This document shows positions 18,371 to 27,540 of a stretch of DNA of 64,000 nucleotides, one piece after another. The number at the start of each line of letters is the position of its first letter. Position 1 is the stretch's first letter. Below the pieces are notes generated by a model, which saw only the letters and a list, made by a program, of their open reading frames with translations, made no database searches and was not told the DNA's origin. The translations under genes were made by a program, and so were the position numbers. The stretch covers positions 224,001-288,000 of the forward strand of contig OZ219801.1 of the NCBI GenBank assembly GCA_964291655.2, written 5' to 3'. Source of the DNA: Chloroflexota bacterium. Lineage in GTDB: Bacteria; Chloroflexota; UBA11872; VXOZ01.

Positions 18371-19420
18371 GTGGAAACTCTAGGAGCTATGCAACGCACC
18401 TCATTCACCGAAGCCGATCTGCGCCAAGCAATCGACCAACTGCCCCGTGTGCATTTGGGGGTGCTTCCCACGCCCTTGGAAGAAGCCGCGCGCCTCTCTG
18501 ACAGCCTTGGCGGGCCGCCAATCTTCTTCAAGCGCGACGACCTCACCGGGCTCGCTCTTGGCGGCAACAAAACCCGCCATCTTGAGTTCATTTTGGGGGA
18601 GGCGCTGCAGCAGGGAGCCGACACCATCATCACAGGTGCTTCGATTCAATCGAATTTCTGCCGCCAGACTGCCGCGGCCTGCGCCAAGCTGGGCCTGCGT
18701 TGCATCCTCTACCTGAATGGCGAAAAGCCAAACGCGCCTCAGGGCAACCTCCTGCTCGATCACCTGACAGGAGCGGACGTACGCCTCGTGCAGGTGAGGC
18801 AACTTCCCGACCTCATTGCGCTCTGCGAGCAGGCGGCACTTGAAGAGCGCCAGGCGGGCCGAAATCCGATCGTCGTAGACCTCTGGCGCGGTATTGCCAG
18901 TTTGGGATCAGTTTCGTATGTCGATTGCGCGCTTGAGCTGAAGGATCAATTGGAAGAGCTTGGCTTACTGCGAGTCTCAATCTATCTTTCCTCTGCAACT
19001 GCCACACAAGGAGGTCTGGTGCTGGCGGCGCAAGCCCTCGGCCTCGATTGGCGGATCGTGGGCATTAGCCCCATTCGCACGGATCTCATACCAGCAGAGG
19101 TCGTAGCAAACCTGGCAAACGAAGCCGCCCAGCGCCTCAAGCTCGAACTGCATGTTTCTGCAGCCGACATCGAGAATCAAGAAGAGCACATTGGTCCGGG
19201 CTATGCCTTGCCCACAGAGGAGTCTCGAGAGGCTCTTGAGCTGGTAGCCAGTACGGAGGGCATCATCTTGGATCCCGTTTATACTGCCAAGGCCATGGCC
19301 GGTCTCATCGACCATATCCGGGCCGGGGCCCTCGATCCGTCGCGGCCGGTCGTCTTTCTGCACACCGGTGGCACGCCCGCGCTCTTTGCCTTTAACCACT
19401 GGTTTGCAGACCCGCAATAA
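18371..19420 (+). CDS. D-cysteine desulfhydrase/ACC deaminase family PLP enzyme
   Basis: LPTPL, KRDDLTG..LGGNKTR, QSNFCR, LDPVYTAK and FLHTGG motifs; start 18371 (GTG) or 18389 (ATG). Confidence 0.92.
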   Translation: METLGAMQRTSFTEADLRQAIDQLPRVHLGVLPTPLEEAARLSDSLGGPPIFFKRDDLTGLALGGNKTRHLEFILGEALQQGADTIITGASIQSNFCRQTAAACAKLGLRCILYLNGEKPNAPQGNLLLDHLTGADVRLVQVRQLPDLIALCEQAALEERQAGRNPIVVDLWRGIASLGSVSYVDCALELKDQLEELGLLRVSIYLSSATATQGGLVLAAQALGLDWRIVGISPIRTDLIPAEVVANLANEAAQRLKLELHVSAADIENQEEHIGPGYALPTEESREALELVASTEGIILDPVYTAKAMAGLIDHIRAGALDPSRPVVFLHTGGTPALFAFNHWFADPQ

Positions 19421-19442
19421 GAACCCTTGCATGTGAAAGGCA

Positions 19443-20027
19443 GTGCCCGTGTCTACACCATTCGGAGAGACTGTCACCGGCAAGAAAATTGCCGGCCTGC
19501 CCTTAGCGCCGGTAGAAAAGCGAATCAAGGCGGCGCTGTGGGATATGCTATTCTTCACCTTCGGTCTAGCTGCCGCAGCTATGCTGGCAGTGACAGCCGT
19601 AATCACGGGCGTTCTCATTCTTGGTGTGTCCGTTGGAGAAGTTACCGAGGATACCGTCTATCCCGACGCGGCAATCATCGTCCCCTTCGGACTGGCGATC
19701 CTCATCATCGTGTTAGCGCCGTTTATCTATTTCATTCAAGTGCCTGCCGAGTATAGCGGCACTGCCGGCATGCGCCTGGTGGGCGTCCGCGCTGTCACCA
19801 TCACCGGTGAGTCGATGAATTGGCGGCAGGCAGCCACACGAGCACTCGCCATGATCGCGTCAATCGCGGCGCTCTGCGCAGGGTGCCTTTGGATGTTTAG
19901 GGAGCCCAACCGCCGCACGTGGCACGACCTCGCTGCCGGGACCTATGTGATCGAGGAAGTGTACATCCCAAAACGGCTAAACCTTGACCCCTGGGACCCG
20001 ATTAAAGAAGAAGACGATTCTTTCTAA
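19443..20027 (+). CDS. RDD family membrane protein
   Basis: LAPVEKRIKAALWD, GTAGMRLVGVR and RRTWHDLAAGTYV motifs. Confidence 0.85.
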   Translation: MPVSTPFGETVTGKKIAGLPLAPVEKRIKAALWDMLFFTFGLAAAAMLAVTAVITGVLILGVSVGEVTEDTVYPDAAIIVPFGLAILIIVLAPFIYFIQVPAEYSGTAGMRLVGVRAVTITGESMNWRQAATRALAMIASIAALCAGCLWMFREPNRRTWHDLAAGTYVIEEVYIPKRLNLDPWDPIKEEDDSF

Positions 20028-20114
20028 TGCTTGCGGTGACTTCGAATTCCGCCCAACTGTCGGGGAATCCTGACGGGCGATTCGCATGTTGCGATGTTTA
20101 CAGAGGAGAATGGC

Positions 20115-21701
20115 ATGTACGATGTGGTCTTTGAAGGTTGCACGGTCGTTGACGGCAGCGGCGGACGAGGCTTCGTGGCGGATGTGGCCGTTCAGGACGG
20201 CAAAATAGCGGCAATCGGTGCGCTGGCGCACGTAGAAGTCCAACGAAAAGTCTGTGGAGCAGGGAAGGTTCTAGCCCCGGGTTTCATTGACATCCACACC
20301 CATTCGGACCTGCCCTTGCTCGTCAATCCCCGTGCGGAGAGCAAGGTTAGGCAGGGCGTGACGACTGAGGTCATCGGCAATTGTGGGTTGGGCCCGGCGC
20401 CGCTCACCCCCGATACCAGAGATGAGATTCGTGAAACCAGCACGTTTCTCGCCAAGGGCAGCGCTGAGCTTGGCTGGGACTGGCTGCGCTTTGGCGAATA
20501 CCTGGACACCATTGAGAAGAACAGTGTCGCCCTGAACGTCGTGCCCCTTGTCGGTCACACGCCTCTGCGCATGGCGGCAATGGGAATGGATCGCCGTCCC
20601 GCCGAGCCTGGAGAGATCGCGCAACAGCAGCAGCTTCTGCGCGAATCGTTGGACGACGGCGCCTTCGGCATGTCCAGCGGCCTCATCTACCCGCCCAGCT
20701 CGTATTCAGACACGGAAGAGCTCGTGAGCCTCGCCAACGTCGCGCATGAATATGGCGCATTGTATTTCAGCCACATTCGCGGCGAAGGCGATACGCTGCT
20801 GCGCGCCGTAGCGGAAGCCATCGAGATTGGCGAACGCGCCGATGTGTCCGTAGAAATCGCCCACCACAAAGCTACCGGCAGGAACAACTGGGGCAAAGTG
20901 CGCGATGCAACCCTGCAGAGCGAGCGCGCCCAAGACCGCAACGTAAACGTCAACTACGACGTCTATCCCTACACAGCCGGCAGCGGCGGGTTGGACCAGG
21001 TAGTGCCCAATTGGGCGAAAGAAGGCGGTACGGGAGCAATGCTGGCGCGCCTCAACGATCCGAACACCTATGCCCAGTTACGCGCAGAGGCCGACGCGGA
21101 CGGTCGCGAATGGGATAGCTTCTACCTGGTTTGGATCGATACTGAGGCCTTCAAGCATTACGAGGGGCAAGACTTCGCCGCCATTGGACAGAGCCTCAAG
21201 CTACATCCGCTGGACGCCGCGTTCCATCTCATCATGGAGAGCCGGAACAAAGCCTCTATGTTGGCATTCTCGATGAGCGAAGACGACGTGGAGTATATGC
21301 TCGCCCATCCCCTCGGCATGGTTGGCTCGGATGGATCGAGCCTCGCCCCGTACGGCCCCCTCAGTCAGGGCGTGCCGCACCCCCGCAATTACGGCACCTT
21401 TCCGCGGGTTCTCCAGGTCTATGTGCGCGAGCGCAACGTGCTTACGCTGGAACAAGCCGTCCGCAAGATGTCGGGCGCGCCGGCGGAGAAGTTGGGACTC
21501 GCGGACAGGGGATTTGTTCACAGCGGCCTGGATGCGGACCTCGTGCTCTTCGATCCTGATTCCGTGACTGAGAATGCTACATTTGGCGACCCGCACCAGT
21601 ACCCGAGCGGCATAGACCTGGTGATGGTGAACGGCGTCGTGGTGGTGGACAACGGTGAGCACACCGGCACACTGCCCGGCAAGGTGCTCCGCAAGAACTA
21701 G
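20115..21701 (+). CDS. N-acyl-D-amino-acid deacylase (D-aminoacylase)
   Basis: PGFIDIHTHSD, QGVTTEVIGNCG, SHIR, HHK, DVYPY, GSDG and PHPRNYGTFPR motifs; RBS gaggag before ATG 20115. Confidence 0.93.
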   Translation: MYDVVFEGCTVVDGSGGRGFVADVAVQDGKIAAIGALAHVEVQRKVCGAGKVLAPGFIDIHTHSDLPLLVNPRAESKVRQGVTTEVIGNCGLGPAPLTPDTRDEIRETSTFLAKGSAELGWDWLRFGEYLDTIEKNSVALNVVPLVGHTPLRMAAMGMDRRPAEPGEIAQQQQLLRESLDDGAFGMSSGLIYPPSSYSDTEELVSLANVAHEYGALYFSHIRGEGDTLLRAVAEAIEIGERADVSVEIAHHKATGRNNWGKVRDATLQSERAQDRNVNVNYDVYPYTAGSGGLDQVVPNWAKEGGTGAMLARLNDPNTYAQLRAEADADGREWDSFYLVWIDTEAFKHYEGQDFAAIGQSLKLHPLDAAFHLIMESRNKASMLAFSMSEDDVEYMLAHPLGMVGSDGSSLAPYGPLSQGVPHPRNYGTFPRVLQVYVRERNVLTLEQAVRKMSGAPAEKLGLADRGFVHSGLDADLVLFDPDSVTENATFGDPHQYPSGIDLVMVNGVVVVDNGEHTGTLPGKVLRKN

Positions 21702-21719
21702 ACTCGCCGCTCACTTCCC

Positions 21720-22463
21720 CTATATCCCAAACTCCAGTCGCTCTATCAACGGCACCGGCAAGTTGGCGATGCGCATTTTCTGCTGGGTTACTGCCACGTC
21801 ATAGGGCACGCGCTGAATCTGCAATTCACGTCTGGTGGAGTCGTAGACCATGAATGCGGCGTGGGGATTGTAGTCACGGGGTTGACCGACGCTTCCCGGA
21901 TTTACGATCATCCGCGTCCGGCCGTCTAGGGGCAGCGGTTCGTCAAGCTTCAACTCAATTCTGATGACATCAGGCGACGAAGTTTGGCCGGCCGCAATGA
22001 AGGCGCACGGCACATGGGTATGGCCCACCAAGCAGTAGGTTGCAGTGAAGTGTGGGAAATTCCTCTGGGCCTCTTCCGCGCGAAAGAGATATTCTGCGGT
22101 GGGTGAGCGGGGACTGCCGTGGACGAGGAGGAAGTCTCCCTCAGTCGCAGACTCGGGCATGTCCAACAGGAATTGCCGCGAACCCTTGCTTAGCTGGGTT
22201 GCAGTCCATTGCGCCGCTATCGCAGCATGAGGGTTGAAGCCCGCAGCGGACTGTTTGCAACTGGCCACCCAATCGTGATTTCCGGCCACGACCGCGTGGT
22301 CAAAGCTGCGGACAATTTCGACGCATTCATTTGGGTTCGGACCATAGCCGACCAGGTCGCCTAAACACCAGATCCGATCGAACGGCATCGCCGCCGCAAT
22401 CACGGCATTGAGCGATTCCAGGTTTGCGTGAACGTCCGCGATAATGAGACAGCGCGAAGCAAT
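21720..22463 (-). CDS. Calcineurin-like metallophosphoesterase (YfcE/MJ0936-like); probable non-canonical start
   Basis: DVHAN (upstream of the first GTG 22403), GDLVGYGP, GNHD, HGSP, GHTH and NPGSVGQPRD. In-frame ATT at 22463 after aggag; in-frame TAG at 22472-22470. Confidence 0.88.
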   Translation of the reverse strand: MASRCLIIADVHANLESLNAVIAAAMPFDRIWCLGDLVGYGPNPNECVEIVRSFDHAVVAGNHDWVASCKQSAAGFNPHAAIAAQWTATQLSKGSRQFLLDMPESATEGDFLLVHGSPRSPTAEYLFRAEEAQRNFPHFTATYCLVGHTHVPCAFIAAGQTSSPDVIRIELKLDEPLPLDGRTRMIVNPGSVGQPRDYNPHAAFMVYDSTRRELQIQRVPYDVAVTQQKMRIANLPVPLIERLEFGI

Positions 22464-22502
22464 TCTCTCCTACTTTGGAATGTTTCAGCCGCAAACCGGT
22501 CA

Positions 22503-22673
22503 AAATCGGCATCGCCTTAAATGGCGTTGCGACACGCCCTGCGAAGTGCTGTAGCCATTTCAGTCGATCCCACGTACTCGGGAATCCATCCATTCTTCCT
22601 CGAGTGACCGGCCATGTCCGTGCTAGGGGCAGTCTTGAGTACCTCAAGTCCCGTGCTCCCGCCAAGCCGACTT
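22503..22673 (-). ncRNA. Candidate rod-like structured RNA (6S/SsrS-like architecture)
   Basis: End-to-end nested helices, several completed by G:U only on the minus strand; internal hairpin cttgag/ctcaag. Confidence 0.4.
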
Positions 22674-22718
22674 AGTATGACGATAGAGTCCCGATGAGAC
22701 GACACTCTGCAGTCGCCT

Positions 22719-23012
22719 CTAGGAAAAGGGTATGAACTCGATTTCGCGGTCGATGATGTCCATCTCCAGCGCCAAGCCCAAAATGTGATTCGTCACTTTG
22801 TCAATTATAGAGTTCGCATGACGCGTATCGGTGCTCACGCAGGTTATGCCGATTACACACGATCCCCAAACGTCCTGATCCGCGACTTCGGCAACGGCCA
22901 CGTTAAAACGCGCCCGAGTGCGGTCGACAATGGACCGTACGACACGGCGTTTCTCCTTGAGGGAGTCGCTCGCGTAGAGCTGAAAGGTGAGTTGACAAGC
23001 GCCAATAATCAT
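22719..23012 (-). CDS. DUF503 (YlxP-like) protein
   Basis: SLKEKRRVV...RFNVAVAEV.DQD.W signature. Confidence 0.9.
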   Translation of the reverse strand: MIIGACQLTFQLYASDSLKEKRRVVRSIVDRTRARFNVAVAEVADQDVWGSCVIGITCVSTDTRHANSIIDKVTNHILGLALEMDIIDREIEFIPFS

Positions 23013-23084
23013 GCGGAGGAGTAGAGATACCTAAGCATTCGCGCGCGCGACAAGAACTGACGTATCGATTGTAAATGACGAAGG

Positions 23085-23158
23085 TCGGGGTGCCCGGATT
23101 TGAACCGGGGGCCTCATGGACCCAAACCATGCGCGCTACCAGGCTGCGCCACACCCCG
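23085..23158 (-). tRNA. tRNA-Pro (TGG); CCA not fully encoded
   Basis: CGGGGTG acceptor strand, D-arm GCGCAGCCTGGTAGCGC, anticodon arm catgg-ttTGGgt-ccatg, T-loop GGTTCAAATC; discriminator A followed by CCT. Confidence 0.97.
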
Positions 23159-23217
23159 AAGGAACTCCCAGACACTTGATGAAGAGGACTAGAGAGGACC
23201 GCGCCTCGTGGGCCGCT

Positions 23218-23490
23218 CTAACCGAATTGGCCTGTAAACAGCGCTAGTAGGAAGCCCAGGATCGCCACCACTAGCGCGGACGCAATCGCTACGTACGCGC
23301 CCACGAACAGCCGCAAACGCAACTCTAGTTCTCGTAGTTCAGCTTTGGTCGCCACGTCAGCAACGTCGGCCTTGGTCGCCAACGCACCGTAGCCCTCGCT
23401 GCCAACGTCTATCAGCGCCTGCGCTTGGCGCTCCGTGAAGCCCGCCGCCGTAAGCGCCTGAAACGCCCGGTGGGTATCGAACACTGCCAT
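23218..23490 (-). CDS. DUF1640/CCDC90-like small coiled-coil membrane-anchored protein
   Basis: FDTH...AGFTERQAQAL, ATKADV..ATKAEL and a C-terminal TM helix; RBS aaggga. Confidence 0.8.
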   Translation of the reverse strand: MAVFDTHRAFQALTAAGFTERQAQALIDVGSEGYGALATKADVADVATKAELRELELRLRLFVGAYVAIASALVVAILGFLLALFTGQFG

Positions 23491-23691
23491 AGTCAGTTCC
23501 CTTCACGCCTCATTGTACGCAGGCGAAAAGCTGTCGGTCAACCACGGGCTGAACGCTCATGGCGGAGTCTAGCACTACCTGCGCAACATGCTCGGCTCAC
23601 ACTGAGACTCACCGCAAAAGCGATGTACTGCTATTGCAATGCTGAGACACTTGGCTATGCGCGCCAAGAGATTGAATCCCACGGGCACGAA

Positions 23692-23732
23692 CGACAAAGA
23701 AGAAGAGGCACGGACGTGTTGTCCGCGCCTCT
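23692..23732 (-). terminator. Intrinsic terminator of SBP gene
   Basis: Minus strand agaggcgcggac-aacac-gtccgtgcctct followed by a pyrimidine/U-rich tail. Confidence 0.75.
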
Positions 23733-23757
23733 CCGCCCCAATACTAAGGTATTAGCC

Positions 23758-25158
23758 CTAGCCGCTCATTACCGAGTCTAGTTCGGCTTGCTGGGTCTCT
23801 GCGAGCGTCTTCATTGCTTCTTCAGCAGTAATATTCTCTTCAATGATCTGTACGGACGCATCGAGGAACGCGCGCCGGTAGTCGCTGGCCGTCGCGATTG
23901 GCGGCCAGTAGGTCTCACCATACTGAGCCAGTGACAGGAAGACATCGAGATACGGCGTCATGCGGTTGTCCGCGCCGATCTTGGCGATGAGGCCTTCCTT
24001 GAACTCGCCTAATTGGGCGATCACGCACGGACCATTCAAGGTCTCATAGCCCATCTTGCCGGAGTTGTCGATGAACATCCACTTGTCAAATGCCCATGCT
24101 TCATCCGGATGTGTGGCATTGACCGGAATGGCATACATCCAGCCCTGCACCGAATTGAAGCGGATGCCTTCCTCAGCGCCCTCGATCGTGGGCGGCAGGC
24201 CGATGCCATACGGCAGGCCTTCGGCATTCGTATCGATGCGATTCTGCGCCCAGAACCCGGAAGAGAAGTAGGCAAGTGTGCTGAGGTACCAGCCAAACGC
24301 GGCATTGCCGTAGCCGCCTGCTTCACCGTAGAACTCATCGACGGCCGTTTTGCCGCCCTGCTTCTTGGTCAGGCTGACAAGCCAGTTGAGGGATTCAATG
24401 ATGGCCGGATCGTCCGGGGTCACTTTGCCGGTATCGTAATCGTAGAACTCCCCGCCAAAGAGGAAGCCAAGCCGCTCACGACTGAAGCTACGATAATTCC
24501 AGCCCAAGTGCGTAATCTTACTGCCATCGTGCTGATGGAGCTTGAGCGAGATTTCCTCAGTGTTCTCGAAGTCGGTCAGCGGGACTTCCGGATCTTCACC
24601 AAACTGGACGTACATGTCCTTGTTCCAGAAGTAGACGATCCAGTCCGCGCCGCCCGGCACTGCATAAAGCTGGCCGTTGAGGGAGCTATCGTCCCACATA
24701 GCCTTGGTGAATTCTTCGCGGGTGTGACCTGCCGCCTTCATATACTCATCCAGCGGACGAATGAGCTCGTTAAACATGAATGGTCCCTGGAAAACCCAAT
24801 TCGTATAGTGGGTGTCCGGCGGGGTGCCTGCAGCAATAGACGCGATCAGTTTTTGCTCGATATCGCTTACAAACTGCCAGTCCAGCGCGATGCCCGTATC
24901 GGCCTCAAATGCCGGCCCGTAGGCGCCCATAATGGTGGAATAGGGCTCGCCCCACGCTGCGTTCCAAGCCACAACCGTGACCTGTTCCTTTTCCATCTCT
25001 TCAGCAGCCTTGGGCTCTTCCTTCGGAGCTTCTTCCATCTTCTCCTCGGCTGCCGGCGTTGCGGCGGCGCCGCATGCCGCGAGCACTACCGCGGCAGTAC
25101 CGCCCCCGGCCATAGCGAGAAAACTACGACGTGTTACGTCAACATCTAGTCTTGGCAT
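23758..25158 (-). CDS. Tat-exported lipoprotein ABC solute-binding protein (carbohydrate-type, family 1)
   Basis: TRRSFLA twin-Arg, LAAC lipobox, E/K-rich linker, IAAGTPPD, GQLYAVP, YFWNKD and HPDEAW; RBS aaggag. Confidence 0.9.
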   Translation of the reverse strand: MPRLDVDVTRRSFLAMAGGGTAAVVLAACGAAATPAAEEKMEEAPKEEPKAAEEMEKEQVTVVAWNAAWGEPYSTIMGAYGPAFEADTGIALDWQFVSDIEQKLIASIAAGTPPDTHYTNWVFQGPFMFNELIRPLDEYMKAAGHTREEFTKAMWDDSSLNGQLYAVPGGADWIVYFWNKDMYVQFGEDPEVPLTDFENTEEISLKLHQHDGSKITHLGWNYRSFSRERLGFLFGGEFYDYDTGKVTPDDPAIIESLNWLVSLTKKQGGKTAVDEFYGEAGGYGNAAFGWYLSTLAYFSSGFWAQNRIDTNAEGLPYGIGLPPTIEGAEEGIRFNSVQGWMYAIPVNATHPDEAWAFDKWMFIDNSGKMGYETLNGPCVIAQLGEFKEGLIAKIGADNRMTPYLDVFLSLAQYGETYWPPIATASDYRRAFLDASVQIIEENITAEEAMKTLAETQQAELDSVMSG

Positions 25159-25518
25159 TAGGCTCTCTCCTTATCGAGATGCAATGCTCCTGAAACCACT
25201 CACTACCTGAAGCGGGCCCATACAAGAAGCTCGCTTAGCTGGCGACAGATTATCACTTGTAATGCTATCTGTCAACTGGAATTGCCGGTACCAAGATGCT
25301 CCACCTTGATTGCAGATTCCGCCCTGGTAACAGGGCCTTTTCTAAGCCACGCTGGTGGTCCCTTCGTCTCCGGCCCGGAATTGAGTTGTGATTGCCAACG
25401 AAGTGGCGCCGATGCGCAAACTCTTGCATGCCACACCCTTGCCACATGAGGCTCCTCCCCTCGCGCGCGGCTGCTATGATATAACAATGCCACGGATATC
25501 GAGCCTGGAGGTAAGACT

Positions 25519-27498
25519 GTGCCGCGTGCGCTAACTATCGGCAATGGCAGCATGCTCATCAATTTCGATGAGCACTACCGTATTCGCGATCTCTACTATC
25601 CGAACGTTGGCGCCGACAATCACTTGTCAGCTCGGCCCTCACGCATTGGAGTATGGGTAGACGATCAGTTCTCCTGGCTCGGCGACGACGGCTGGGAAGT
25701 CTCCCCTGGTTATGCTGAGTACTCCCTGGTAACCCAGGCACGGGCAGTCCACCCGCTTCTCAATATCGACATTCGCTTCACGGACTGTCTGGACTTTGTG
25801 CGCAACCTGTTTCTCCGCAAGCTCCACGTCAGAAACACCTCTGACGTTGCCCGAGACATTCGGATCTACTTTCACTATGAGTGGGGTCTCGGGGGAGGCG
25901 ATGTGGGAGACACGGTATTCTACCATCCCCCCACCCAGGCCCTGATCGCTTACAAGGGCCAACGGTTCTTTCTGATGAACGTCATGACCGGAGACAACGC
26001 CGGGCTCAGCGATTGGGCGACAGGCGTCTACTCTGCCGAAGGCGCTCAAGGTTCGTGGCAAGACGCTGAGGACGGCTGGCTCTCGCAGAACGCGGTATCT
26101 CGCGGCGACGTCGACTGCGTGGGCATGCTGTCCCTAGGCGAAATGTCCCCCGGTGAGGCCCGCAACGGCTACCATTGGGTGGCCGCCAACTCAAGTCTGG
26201 GCGCAGTGCTGGCAGACAATAGATTGGTTCGCTTTCGAACGCCGGATAGCTTCATCGACCGCACGCAGGAGTACTGGTCGTTTTGGGTGCGCAAGCACCG
26301 CACGCCGCAGCCGGAAATCCCGCAGGACATTTGGGACCTCTACCATCGGAGTCTGCTGACCCTGCGGACACAAGTGGACAATACCGGCGCTATCATTGCG
26401 GGAAACGATCCTGACATCGCCCGTGAAACCGGAGATACGTATAGTTACCTCTTCCCACGAGTCGGTGCGCTTGCCGCAGTAGCTTTGGATCGTGCAGGGT
26501 ACACGGACCTCACGCGCCAATTCTATACCTTCTGCCGCCAACTTCCCTCGCCAGATGGGTTTCTTTTCTCGAAGTACACCCCGTTTGGCGCGGTTGGCAG
26601 CCTCAACCACCCCTGGGTGGATCCCGATGGCAAAGAGACTCTTCCTGTGGCGGCTGACAATACGGCGATCCTGCTCTGGGCGCTCGGCGAGCACTTTGGT
26701 CTCGACCGCGACTTCGATTTCGTGCGATCAGTCTATACCGATCTCGTCCAACCGGCGCTTGACTTCCTTCTGAGCCATCGCAATCCAAATAACGGACTGC
26801 CGCTGCCTTCGTTCGATCTGTGGGAAGAGACCTACGGCATGCACGCGTACACACTGGCAGCCACCTGGGCCGGCCTGCGCGCGGCCTGTACGTTCACCGC
26901 TGCCTTCGGACAACCGGAACTCACATGCGCCGCGCAGGAAGCTGCGACCCAAATTCGACGCCATTTTGACTCCTTGTTCTACGATAAGGAGACCGGACGC
27001 TACGTCACTCGCCTCCGCATCTTTGGAACGCGGGAGCCGATACCGGATTCTACAATTGATGCGAGCGTCGCCGGTCTCTTTCTTTTCGGTATGATTTCGC
27101 CCGACGATGAGCGCATGCAGCGTACCATGGCAACCGTGCGCCAGCAGCTTTGGTGCCACACGGAGGTTGGGGGTCTTGCGCGTTCCGAGAACGATCGCTT
27201 CCTTCAAGTCAGCACGGATATCGGCAACGTGCCGGGCAATCCCTGGGCGGTTACCACGATGTGGCTCTGCCGCTGGCATATCGCCCGCGCCCAGTGCCTG
27301 GATGACTTGAAGCCCGCGGAAGAACTCCTCAGGTGGGCGCATCGCCATGCCCTGTCTACGGGTATGCTTGCCGAACAATTCCACCCGTATACGCATGCTC
27401 CAATTTCTGTAAACCCATACACATGGAGTCACGCCGAGTTCTTGCTGGCAGTGCAAGCGTACATCCAGCGAGGCAAAGAGATTGCAGAACGCGCGTAG
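25519..27498 (+). CDS. Glycoside hydrolase family 15 (glucoamylase-like), divergent substrate motif
   Basis: IRDLYYP.VG..NH, GAIIAG, SFDLWEE, GNPW, LAEQ and PYTWSHAEF motifs; RBS ggaggt. Confidence 0.88.
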   Translation: MPRALTIGNGSMLINFDEHYRIRDLYYPNVGADNHLSARPSRIGVWVDDQFSWLGDDGWEVSPGYAEYSLVTQARAVHPLLNIDIRFTDCLDFVRNLFLRKLHVRNTSDVARDIRIYFHYEWGLGGGDVGDTVFYHPPTQALIAYKGQRFFLMNVMTGDNAGLSDWATGVYSAEGAQGSWQDAEDGWLSQNAVSRGDVDCVGMLSLGEMSPGEARNGYHWVAANSSLGAVLADNRLVRFRTPDSFIDRTQEYWSFWVRKHRTPQPEIPQDIWDLYHRSLLTLRTQVDNTGAIIAGNDPDIARETGDTYSYLFPRVGALAAVALDRAGYTDLTRQFYTFCRQLPSPDGFLFSKYTPFGAVGSLNHPWVDPDGKETLPVAADNTAILLWALGEHFGLDRDFDFVRSVYTDLVQPALDFLLSHRNPNNGLPLPSFDLWEETYGMHAYTLAATWAGLRAACTFTAAFGQPELTCAAQEAATQIRRHFDSLFYDKETGRYVTRLRIFGTREPIPDSTIDASVAGLFLFGMISPDDERMQRTMATVRQQLWCHTEVGGLARSENDRFLQVSTDIGNVPGNPWAVTTMWLCRWHIARAQCLDDLKPAEELLRWAHRHALSTGMLAEQFHPYTHAPISVNPYTWSHAEFLLAVQAYIQRGKEIAERA

Positions 27499-27540
27499 GC
27501 GGCTGCGCGAAATGGTCCTACCGCGATGTGGGGAAGAGGA

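Noticed and set aside
22500-22580. tmRNA-like ggatcgac...gcagggcg plus pseudoknot on the minus strand; raiA-motif-like cgatcccacgta on the plus strand
   Set aside because: No GGGG acceptor stem, T-arm/CCA or tag peptide; the remaining raiA conserved blocks are absent.
24013-25149. 378-aa antisense ORF over the SBP gene (likewise 13108-14145 over pncB and 32035-32814 over ppdK)
   Set aside because: Mirror-frame ORFs typical of GC3-rich genes; no motifs or RBS.
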